From Obrimoposthia wandeli (Eukaryota): DNA of 64,000 nt. Under the pieces are notes generated by a model. That model searched no databases, was not told the origin of the DNA, and saw nothing but the letters and a program-made list of their open reading frames with translations. Both the position numbers and the translations under genes were made by a program. Positions 10,842 through 20,900 of the stretch are shown here, piece after piece (position 1 is the first letter of the stretch; every line of letters begins with the position of its first letter). The stretch covers positions 124,001 to 188,000 of the forward strand of contig CDROCS010003925.1 of the NCBI GenBank assembly GCA_977020255.1, read 5' to 3'.

Positions 10842-11318
10842 TTAAAACATAGAAATATGAGCACGTTCAATTTTCCACATAGTCAACTTTGTTCCCATTT
10901 CATCTTTCTTGTAACCATAAAGTCGAATTGTTAGAGTCCATTGCTTCTTTTTCGGAAATGCATCAATATCAATATATCTTCCATAGTCATCTAGAAATGC
11001 TTCATCGGCTCCTTGGATATAAAATTCGTTCTTATTAAAAGTAAAATTTGGAACTGCCTTTTCTATTTTCTGTTTAAGATATTGAAAATCAGGTTTTTGA
11101 ATACCTGATAGATAGTAGCTGAACTTTCTTCTTTCAATTGTCACAGGATTTACTAAAGCAATCAGTTGAGCCTTCTTCAAGAATCTGACTTTGTATTTGA
11201 AATATTGTTTCACTTCTTCATACATATCCTTATCCGATTCTTCAAACATTTCTTCGTCATCGCTTAATACCCGTTGGCTATCATCCATTGTTGATAATTG
11301 TCTTTGATATGAATGCAT
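10842..11318 (-). CDS. Polinton protein of unknown function (possible OB-fold ssDNA-binding protein)
   Basis: Intact ORF with TATAAA at 11355-11350 upstream; homologous coding remnant at ~44640-44836; beta-rich C-terminus WTLTIRLYGYKKDEMGTKLTMWKIERAHI. Confidence 0.6.
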   Translation of the reverse strand: MHSYQRQLSTMDDSQRVLSDDEEMFEESDKDMYEEVKQYFKYKVRFLKKAQLIALVNPVTIERRKFSYYLSGIQKPDFQYLKQKIEKAVPNFTFNKNEFYIQGADEAFLDDYGRYIDIDAFPKKKQWTLTIRLYGYKKDEMGTKLTMWKIERAHISMF

Positions 11319-11535
11319 TTACTGTGATTTGTCCTCCAATGGTGCATTCTTTTATACTAATTTCTAACAAAGACATGAATCTCATTGGTTAATATAACTA
11401 AGCATTGAATTTTATTGGACTAAATATATCATCCAATTATAATAGGTTTGCAAGATAATTACAAGAAACGTGCAATAAAAAAGCAGGTTCAGACATATAT
11501 TAAAAAAAGATTTTACAGAATACAATTTCAGTCTA

Positions 11536-12043
11536 ATGAAACTCGTAAATATAAATTATAAAGGTAGAACAGAAGATGATGTTTCGTACTTACCATTCAA
11601 TGAATGGAAGTCGAGACAATATGTAGAAAAGTTTGACAATTTCACAGTTGTTATTTTTCCTACAGGTTAGTTTTTATTTTATTTTCATATTGAATTCTTT
11701 AGGAAATTGTCGTGTTATGGGATGCAAAATACCAATGCTTGGGTTCAATTTACCATTTGGAATTCAAATCACTGCAATACAATCAATCACGATTTCGGCT
11801 AATCTCGGGAAACAGATAAATCTTTTTAAAACTGCAGAGAAAATGAAAGAAGAATGCATGTTTGAACCAGAAATTTTTCCTGCTCTCAGTTATTTGAAGT
11901 TTAAACCGCTATGTGTAAATATATTTTCCAGTGGTAAAGTTATGATATTGAGATTGAAAAATTTTGATTATCCAGACATAGTTGATTTTAGAAAATATAT
12001 CTTATTACATCTTGTTATCTTTTCTATAAACAAACCCGTTTAA
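11536..12043 (+). CDS. TATA-binding-protein-like protein, join(11536..11665,11703..12043)
   Basis: Removing a 37-nt GT..AG intron gives TVVIFPTGNCRVMGCK (repeat 1) and IQSITISANLGKQINL..FEPEIFPALSYLKFKPLCVNIFSSGKVMIL (repeat 2). TBP has TALIFSSGKMVCTGAK and [34 protein letters not shown]. Confidence 0.8.
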
Positions 12044-12057
12044 ACTTATTGTTTTGA

Positions 12058-12330
12058 ATGAATAATACTATAAATAGAGACAATGAAGTGGATCGGCTTG
12101 CCGATGAAATATTTTCTGGAAAAATTAGGGGTAAAGAAATTTTATCAGAATTAAAAAATAATGATATAACAAGAGATAACATTGAAATATTGGTTAGATC
12201 ACACGTTATTCGAGAATTTAGAAATCGTACACAAATAAATAAAATTATAGCCAAATATTCATTAATTAATTTTTGTATTTCATCTACAATAGCTCTAACA
12301 TTGTACATTTCAATAAGGAAACTTCTATGA
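12058..12330 (+). CDS. Small protein with C-terminal hydrophobic anchor
   Basis: Intact 90-aa ORF, helical and charged, ending YSLINFCISSTIALTLYISIRKLL; TATAAACAA lies 33 nt upstream. Confidence 0.55.
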   Translation: MNNTINRDNEVDRLADEIFSGKIRGKEILSELKNNDITRDNIEILVRSHVIREFRNRTQINKIIAKYSLINFCISSTIALTLYISIRKLL

Positions 12331-12367
12331 TAATATAAACAATATTAAAAATGAAAGAGTATATGCA

Positions 12368-13015
12368 ATGGAGCTAAATAATAATGCTGTATTTCAAATA
12401 GTTGGCCCAAGTGGAAGTGGAAAGACACATTTCGTCTGTAAATTGTTGCAAAATGAATCTCTTTTCAAATCTAGTTTCAAAAATATTTATTGGCATCATG
12501 GTGGAGGAGGGGAAAGAGGGTTAACCAAAACAGAAGTTTGCAAGTTGAAGGGTATAAAATTTATTGAAGGATTTGATGCAAATTGGTGTGAAAGATTGAA
12601 AAAAGAAGATGTAATAATAATTGATGATTTGTATGAGGAGGCTAACAAGGAATCGGACTTTAATCATTTATTTACAAAGATTGCAAGACATCGTGAAGTT
12701 ACAGTTATATTTATCACTCAAAATCTGTTTCGCCAAGGAGGTCACCATAGAACAAGAAATCTTAATGTACATTACTTAGTTTTATTTAAAAATCCTAGAG
12801 ATCAAACAGTTGTTGATTTTGTGGCCAGACAGGCATTTCCTCAAAATAAGAACTTTCTAGTTGATTCATTCCACGATGCTGCTGAACAAGCACATGGTTA
12901 TATATTTATTGACTTTACGCAAGCTTGCCCAGATGGTATACGTGTTTTAACAGACATATTTAATTCTAAGGGAGTAACTGTTTATAAACATATAGAGAAC
13001 AATTATAAAAAATAA
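12368..13015 (+). CDS. A32/FtsK-like genome packaging ATPase
   Basis: Walker A GPSGSGKT, Walker B IIIDD, ARHREVTVIFITQNLF, RTRNLNVHYLVLFKNPRD. Confidence 0.95.
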   Translation: MELNNNAVFQIVGPSGSGKTHFVCKLLQNESLFKSSFKNIYWHHGGGGERGLTKTEVCKLKGIKFIEGFDANWCERLKKEDVIIIDDLYEEANKESDFNHLFTKIARHREVTVIFITQNLFRQGGHHRTRNLNVHYLVLFKNPRDQTVVDFVARQAFPQNKNFLVDSFHDAAEQAHGYIFIDFTQACPDGIRVLTDIFNSKGVTVYKHIENNYKK

Positions 13016-13194
13016 ATTCGCAATGCCTTTTCCAAAGTTGATAGTAAAACGTAAAGTAAAATCTAAGAAATCAAAAAAAAAGAATCATTAAGAAAAAAGA
13101 AGGGAAAATATTAATCAAATCTGTAGTTAGAAATAAAAAAAACTTAAATGGCTTCGAATATAAACAATATTTAAATTAAACCTTTTTTATTAAA

Positions 13195-13524
13195 ATGAAG
13201 AAAATACAAAGAAGCATACCCTATTTTAAAGCTTTAGTCAAAGCCTCTTCTAATAAGAGAATGATTATTCTTAAAGCATTTCCATCCTTTGTTGTAGATG
13301 ATTTATTGGAAGTTTTGTATAATATAGTTTTGGGTCGAGTAAAAGTTGGAAATCGGAAAAATATATTATATAAATATAGAAAAACTCTTCTAGATATTGC
13401 TAATGTAAAAAGTAAAAAAAGGAAAAGAAATATTATTCTTAAACAGAATGGTGGTTTCATAGGGGCTGTTATTCCAGTTGTTGCTTCAATTATCAGTAGT
13501 ATTATAGCTGCGACACGTTCATAA
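13195..13524 (+). CDS. Small basic virion core protein with adenain-type cleavage site
   Basis: Lys-rich; ends KQNGGFIGAVIPVVASIISSIIAA, the QxGGF + amphipathic tail seen in small Polinton proteins. Confidence 0.7.
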   Translation: MKKIQRSIPYFKALVKASSNKRMIILKAFPSFVVDDLLEVLYNIVLGRVKVGNRKNILYKYRKTLLDIANVKSKKRKRNIILKQNGGFIGAVIPVVASIISSIIAATRS

Positions 13525-13617
13525 ACAATTATTTATAAAATCGGCCAGACAGGCAAGATATGGGTGCTAGCCCTTCTTTACCTAAACTTAAATTTTCTTT
13601 CTATTCAAATTGTTGTA

Positions 13618-14630
13618 ATGGAGAAGATATGATTCAATCCAAAAGATCCAATTGGCTACACAGGAGTCTCAAAATTAGCAAAAAGAACAAAACAAAAATA
13701 CAAGAAAACGCAGAAATGGCTGAGCAACCAGTTAGCCTACAGTCTGAACAAACCGATGAGAAGAAGGTTTCCAACTAGAGCTTACAAAACCAGCGGTCCT
13801 AATAATTTATGGAAATGGATTTGATGGAGATGATCCCATATTCTTCCATTAATAAGGGATATCGATACATTTTAACATGTATTGATGTATTTAGCAGGTT
13901 TGCTTGTGCATTTCCAGTTAAAGCAAAGTCTTCAATAGCTATGCTTGAAGCCATTAAAGAAATATTAAAAGAGGACATTCCACAAAATATGCAAACTGAT
14001 TTAGGAAAAGAATTTTATAATAAGCAAGTTCAATCATTATTTAAACAAAATAATATAAATCATTACTCTGTGTTTTCACAATACAAAGCAGCAGTAGTAG
14101 AAAGATTTAATCGTACTCTAAGAGATCGAATAAAAAAGTATTTCACAAAAGAAGGAAATAAAAAATGGATCCAAGTTATACCTAAAATAATACATGCATA
14201 TAATCACTCTGAACATAGAGGTCTCAAGGGAATGAGACCTGTTGATGTTACTAATAAAAACTCTATGGACATTTGGATGAACAGGAAAAAAAAGAAAAAA
14301 TTAAAAAAGCTAAATATAAGAAAAACGAATATGTTCGAATTTCGAAAAATAGCTCTACTCCATTTATTAAAAACTTTGATCAGAATTGGAGCGATGAAAT
14401 ATTTTGTATAAGTAAAATTGATAAAAAGAGTAATCCAATAATGTATACTATTAAAGATGCTGACAATAATATCGTTCACGGTAAATTTTACGAGCAAGAA
14501 CTACAAGTAATATCAAATGAAGTAGTATTCAAAAAATATTAAAATCTAAGGGTACAGGTAAAAATAAACAATACTTTGTTAAATGGCATGGTTATTCAGA
14601 CCCAACTAGGATATCAGCATCTAATATAAT
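13618..14630 (+). pseudogene. Polinton retroviral-like integrase with C-terminal chromodomain-like region (stop and frameshifts)
   Basis: FNPKDPIGYTG..., MDLMEM, YILTCIDVFSRF, QTDLGKEFYN, KAAVVERFNRTLR, YNHSEH, GKFYEQEL, YFVKWHGY. Confidence 0.92.
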
Positions 14631-15581
14631 ATGAATTCTATGTATATGGTTTTACCAAGTAACGGATGTCCGAAGACTCAACCAGATAATGACGCTAGTA
14701 GCTTTATTATCGATTGGGAAAATCCTATAAATCTCCAAGGAGAATGGGAAGCGGCTTTAACAGAATTTTCTTTTTATTATTCTCCAATTACTATCAAAAA
14801 AAACTCACATATCTCGTTTACAAAAGAAGTTGATAATGAAATAACAACTGAAGTTGTGATCGGGTTTGATAGTAAAGGACAATTCTATTACAATTGTATA
14901 GATAAAGAAGTGAAAGTAATATTTGAAAATAACCAAGTCAGATTTAAAAATCGATTAAAATTTCTTCAAGTTATTAAAATTAATTTTGAATCTAAAAAAG
15001 AAGCTCTTCAATTCAGTTTTGATAGTGAACAAACAGTAGCTCGTAATAAACGGGATATTGTCTCATCTAAATCGGTTAGAAATGTTCCTGGTAGAGTAGC
15101 AAAAGTGTTGTTACTTGAAACGAGACCAAAGACTGTAGTGGAACTGAAAACGTTTTCAAATGATTATAAAATAGATAGTGAAGTGAATTTCTGTAAATTA
15201 ATACAGAAGGAATGTAGTGAATATTTGGATAAATTTGAAACATTAAATGGTAAATTAACGTTTACAGTAAATAGCAATATAAAACAAGTTTCATTTGATG
15301 ATAAACTCGCTAAAAACCTTGGTTTAAACAGAAATACCTTTGAAACTCATACAATAAAAACCATAAAAGCTAAAAATAAGGCAAAACTTTTAAATGCTGT
15401 TAATCATTTATATATTTATACTAATTTAATAGAACCAACGCTTGTAGGAGGACAGCGAGTTCCACTTTTGAGAACAATATGGATATCTAAAAATGAAACT
15501 AGATATGGGGACGCTGTCGGTATGTGTATAGATCAACCAATTGTATCTTCTAGTTTCTCTCTTTTCTATAAACAATATTAA
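14631..15581 (+). CDS. Minor capsid protein (penton); C-terminus frameshifted and continuing to ~15660
   Basis: MVLPSN...N..SSF...PINLQGEWEAALTEF at the N-terminus; LYIYTNLIEPTLVGGQRVPLLRTI near the C-terminus. Confidence 0.88.
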   Translation: MNSMYMVLPSNGCPKTQPDNDASSFIIDWENPINLQGEWEAALTEFSFYYSPITIKKNSHISFTKEVDNEITTEVVIGFDSKGQFYYNCIDKEVKVIFENNQVRFKNRLKFLQVIKINFESKKEALQFSFDSEQTVARNKRDIVSSKSVRNVPGRVAKVLLLETRPKTVVELKTFSNDYKIDSEVNFCKLIQKECSEYLDKFETLNGKLTFTVNSNIKQVSFDDKLAKNLGLNRNTFETHTIKTIKAKNKAKLLNAVNHLYIYTNLIEPTLVGGQRVPLLRTIWISKNETRYGDAVGMCIDQPIVSSSFSLFYKQY

Positions 15582-15667
15582 AGTAAATATTAGAGATGAT
15601 TCCGGACAACTAATAGATTTCACGTACGGGGCCAAGACAAGTTTAACAATACATTTAAGAAAACAAA

Positions 15668-16045
15668 ATGGCGAATCCAGCAATAATTGAAGCTTATAGT
15701 CAAAGCCAACAAGGTGGAGAAGTACCATATTTTGTTGGTAAACAATACAGATCTGGCTGGCTTAGAACATTAGGTAGATTTGCCTTTCCTCTTTTAAAGA
15801 GACTCGGGCGATTTATATCAAAATTAGGAAAGGATTACCTTTCATCTAAGGACAACAAACTAATACCAACTTTTAAGAAGCATGCGCTTGATGAACTTGA
15901 TAATGTTTTACCTGAAGTTGCTAATTTGATTAGAAAACGTAAATCAAATAAAAGTCAAGGAGGTAGTGGATTTAAAAGTAAAAAGAAGCTAAAAATTAAT
16001 ATAAACAAACGTAAGAATGTTGAAGGAACAATATTTGCAAAATGA
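15668..16045 (+). CDS. Conserved Polinton basic/amphipathic virion protein
   Basis: QQGGEVPYFVGKQYRSGWLRTLGRFAFPLLKRLG, the Q.G.G / F.G..Q.G.G + amphipathic helix pattern; SQGGSG followed by a basic tail. Confidence 0.7.
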   Translation: MANPAIIEAYSQSQQGGEVPYFVGKQYRSGWLRTLGRFAFPLLKRLGRFISKLGKDYLSSKDNKLIPTFKKHALDELDNVLPEVANLIRKRKSNKSQGGSGFKSKKKLKININKRKNVEGTIFAK

Positions 16046-17270
16046 GTTGCGCCAAAACTGAATTGTGTATTTTTGATAAACCGCTTCCACAAGTAGTTGT
16101 AGATAATGCTTCCTTTGAAGAAATATTCCTAGTTAACTCAGTTTCAGGAACCACTTTAACCGATTTAGAATTTAATATTAATGGTTCCAATAGCGAGTAT
16201 TTAGATTTGAATGATACTTTGCTTTATGTTCAAATAAAAGTATTAAATCTGATGGTACTAATTTAGATGAAAATGCCGATGTAACACCTGTAAATTATCC
16301 CTTTAATTCTTTATTTAATGATGCCATTGTTACTCTTAATAATGTCAAAATTGAAGGTGGAAATTCTTCCTATGCTCATAAAGCTTTGATTGAAAGTCTT
16401 TTGAATTATAGTACTGATACTCAAAATACCAATTTGGCAACCATTGGTTACGATAAAACGGTCGCAACTCGCAAAGAATGGATTGCAGGTTCTAAAGCTT
16501 ACGAAATGTGTGGGTCTTTGAGATTGAATTTCTTTTAACAACAGAAATATTTAATTCCCGGTGTTAATGTACATCTTCGTTTGAAATGTAATAAATGGAA
16601 TTTTTCTTTGATAAGCACGGACATTCTAAAACCTAGACTTCATATTTTGGATGCAAAATTGTATGTTCGAAGAGTTAAAACCTAGCAATCAGTTTTAATG
16701 GCACATAATATAGGAATGGAAAAAAACAATGCTTGTTATCCTATTAGAGAAACTAAACTTATATCTTATTCTTTAGGTACGGGTACACAAGCCTTTAATA
16801 AGGATCAAATTTTTGGTGATGTAAGATTACCGAAATTCATTTTAATTTCTTTTCAAAAAACTGCAAAGTTTCTAGGAAATTATACGACAGATGCAACTCA
16901 ATTTGACAATCTTAGTGTAGGTTCAGTGACACTTTCAAGAAATACTGATTATCGCGAAACATATAAAACATATTTCGAAGGTGACGCTTATGCTTTGGCT
17001 TATACGCAATCTATTATTCGGAATTTGGGCCAACTAGATAAAAATATAAACAATGGTATTTCTTTTACTGACTTTAAAAACAGCTGCCCGTTCTTCACAT
17101 TTGTTTTGGCACCAGACTTTGATATAAACCAATGCCAACTACCAAAGGATGGAAATTTACGACTAGAAATTAAGTTCAATGCAGCTTTAACAAATCCTAC
17201 TACGGTGCTTATTTACAGAGTATTTGATTCGGAAATACAAATCAATAAAAACAGAACTGTCATATTATAG
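16042..17270 (+). pseudogene. Major capsid protein (double jelly-roll, hexon-like), disrupted
   Basis: KTELCIFDKPLPQ, LEFNINGSNSEYLDLNDTLLYVQIK, KYLIPGVNVHLRL, RLPKFILI, GNLRLEIKFNAALTNPTTVLIY; frameshifts and an in-frame TAA at ~16537. Confidence 0.9.
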
Positions 17271-17271
17271 A

Positions 17272-17651
17272 ATGGAGTAAGACATATTTTAAATTTTTAT
17301 TTATTAATTTTTATTTAGTTCAAAACAAGTAAAAGAATCAGCAGAGAAGGTCTTGGGTGATAAATTTAATGGAGTTTATCCTATTGATATGATTCCATTT
17401 TTCAATCTGGAGGTTACATTATCAATACTCATACTTCGAATTTACCAGGAGAACATTGGATAGCTATTTATGTTAGAGAGTGGACAATACATGTATTTGA
17501 TCCACTTGCAATGTATTATCCACACAAACTTGTTTCAACTATTCAAAAAGGACGAAGAAGAGTATTTTACAACAAGATACAATATCAGGATCCTGCGACG
17601 AGAAACTGTGGACATTTATGTATTTTATGGTTATCGTTGCAAAACAATTAG
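17272..17651 (+). pseudogene. Adenain-like cysteine protease with 42-nt intron (17277-17318) and one frameshift (~17400)
   Basis: Spliced start MDSKQV..FNGVYPID; then YIINTHTSNLPGEHWIAIY, VFDP, YQDPATRNCGHLC (His-Asp-Cys triad plus Gln). Confidence 0.85.
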
Positions 17652-17916
17652 TGTGTTATAAAAATAAAAATTTTAAATGTTTTATTTTGAATTATTTTTT
17701 AAATTTCTAAAAATATAAGGGTAAAATAATAAAAGACATAAGACAAATTTTTTTAATACATTTATTAATCACAACATCACAATGAGATATGTCAGCAAAG
17801 ATAAGGTCCATCCTAAAAAATGTATTGAAATAACAAATAAGTTAAAGTCTAGGTGCCATAGGGATCTAAAATTTTAAAAAATTAAACTAAAAAAAATAAA
17901 ATAAAATGAAAACCGT

Positions 17917-20900
17917 TTAAATTCTGAAGTGTCCATAAGCCAGGCTAGCGTTATTTTCTACCCAAAAGCGCTTGTCGTCATTACTACTCAAAGCGATTTT
18001 GGTTGATTTATGGGAATACAGTTGATGGGCTCTTGAAATAAATCTAGTTTGCTCAACGCTTTCAATACACCCAGTATCATAAACTTTCCGATAGGCCTCA
18101 TGTGTAAGATTGTTTCTTCCCACACCCTTTGCTCTCATTGAACATGTATTATTAGATGCATGTAAACTGTAGCATTTAGGGCGTAGGAAAATACAATCAT
18201 CATACGAAACCTGTCCCTCGCTTTCATCCTTAAATTTCCCGATAATCTCCTTTAAACTCATAGAGTGTAGAGGATGGTTAGCGGGATATTTATGGGTATC
18301 TAGTAAGTTATCCCTAAACATTACTGGTAATAATTGATTATTTAAACTAACATTCCTACATTCTAAAAAGAAAGAGTCAGTGTCCCCTGCCGCGATTTTG
18401 ATCTCACAATTAAATTCTTGTCGGTATTTCTCCAATTCTATGTATTGAAGCTCATACATTCTGAGTTTAGAAATGTCTAAAACCGTTTGACCTATATAAC
18501 TCGGTCGATCGAGACAAATACTCTGTTTTCCTAATAACACTGCTACCAAGTCATCTGCAATTGTAAAACTACGCTTGAAGTTGTACTTGCTAGTATATGT
18601 TATTAGTTTACGCTCATCATTGCAAAACCGTAGACAAATACGTTTCCGCAAGTCCTCTACAGTTTTTCCAAAGAGACTATTACTTTTTAACTTGTAAAAA
18701 TCTCGATCGAATTTGCTAGTGGCCAAATTACGTTTTCTTGAATTCTTCTCAATAAAGTCTTTTAACACAAAGTTTTGACTGAAGCTTATAGCACGATGAA
18801 TTCGAGTAACTTTCGCTCCCAACTTTAAGTAGAATTGAAGAAACCGCCAATGCACAACATAATTCAACTTGTCTTCATGGGTTAACAATAATTTCTTAAC
18901 CTTTGAATTAGGTGGGCATTGATGAACAGGCGCTACTGGAAGATCATCTAATTTATCATGCACATTGGAATGGATTTTTATGACCACCTCAACCAAATAG
19001 CCGACGTCGGATGAAACTGTATCAACAGTAGCCAAATCTGTCATCAACTTATTCAACTCTTCCTCATCATCAACCCACTTAAAGTTGGCATGAGGTAGAG
19101 GTTGAGTAAGCGCCCACCCATACAAATTATTAATATCGATGTACAGAATCTCCGTGGATTGATTTTTGACAACATGATGTTTGTTGACAAAAGTCATTCC
19201 ACCGCGTATACCATAATCATATATTTGATACATCGCGGGATCTTGCAGTAACTCGATATTAATTTTAAGAGTTTTTATTGCTGTTGCCCATGAGAGACCA
19301 GGTAAACTAAAGAAATGCATTGGATCTAGCCCATCTTCTGCTAAAGACTTTACACGAAAGGACTCAAAAAGATCAGCTAAAAGATAAATGTCTAACTTCA
19401 TATAATAAAGCATATATTCTAAAAGATTTCGACAATTATTCGCCCAAAATGTACGGGCCTCATTATAGTCTTGAAAACTTACACCCTCAAATTCAGTTAT
19501 GGGTGGGATTTTCAGTTGTATTTTCTACTCTGAAGCCGGTAGGTGAATACTCTCATACAGGTTGTGCAATGCTAAAATTGACTCAAAATCTGCATACACC
19601 CTGAATTCCACGGGTATGCATTTTGCCAAATCCCTGAATTTTAAATCCTTATCCTTAGGCATGCTATATAGCGTATTGTCATCAGGATTCAGTGAACATA
19701 AATCCCCTTATCGTTAACCGAAGCTGGGAACACTGACTGTATAATTGGCCATGCATTTAAAGATGCCGTTAAATTTTTTAAAGAACCACTCAAAAACTGC
19801 AGAGAATCTATGAATCTTAAACTGCAGAATTCAGTATATGCAGTTAAAGATAAATATTTCTCTGAAGTTTGAGGTATACATGAAATTTCCCAAGAGCTTA
19901 ATGTACCCAACGCGTATTTAAGTATATGATGCAAATCATATCCTTTGAGGTTATGAAACACAATGGGAATTCGTGGTTTTTTAGGAAGACGACGGCCAAG
20001 GTTACAAAGGTTGCACGCCGCTCCCAAGTATCGCCCCGTAACATGATCGTGATCTCTGACTAACTTAGACTGGGTTCCACACAAATAACATAATCTTTAA
20101 GAATTAAAATTAACCCAGTCTATGCCTGTCATGATCATTGCTTGATGAGCATTGAGATCATACCACGGTTTGACAATTGTTGTTCCTAATTCCTCTAATT
20201 TTAACATAAAATCTAAAATACAATTTGGACCGGAAAATTTATGATACTGGGTAATATTGGGGCCTAAGAATAGTAGTTCTGCCGAAGCCGGTAGGTGAAT
20301 ACTCTCATACTGGTCGTGCAATGCTAAAATTGACTCAAAATCTGCATACACCCTGAATTCCATGGGTATGCATTTTGTCCAATCCCTGAATTTTAAATCA
20401 TTATCCTTAGGCATGCTATATAGCATATTGTCATCAGGATTCAGTGAACATAATGTCAGATGTTTGCTGTAAGAGATAAGTTTCCATTATTTAAATTTAG
20501 AAGATGATCTAAATTGGGAATTGCAGCATAATGGAATTTTTTATTATGTTCGAGCAAAATTAAGTTGACCTGAGTCCCCTCATTTTTGCTCCTATAAATT
20601 ACATCTACAAAAGGATTTTTAAAAATTTCTTCATCTGTTACATTAACTGGGATATCAGTATTATATTTGAATACATTAATACTCAAGTTATTAAGATGTT
20701 CAAATCTTGATATCGCAGTTAATTTAACAGGAAAAATTATTCCATGATACTGCAATTCATTTAAAAAAGGGGTATATTTACTGACACGCTCTCTATGCTC
20801 AGTAATTACTACCCTTTTGAGGATGGCCAACACGCTATACAGAAAGCAAAGGTTATCACTGTTTTGTACGTTAACAATGGAACGTGAAAGTTGAAGAGAT

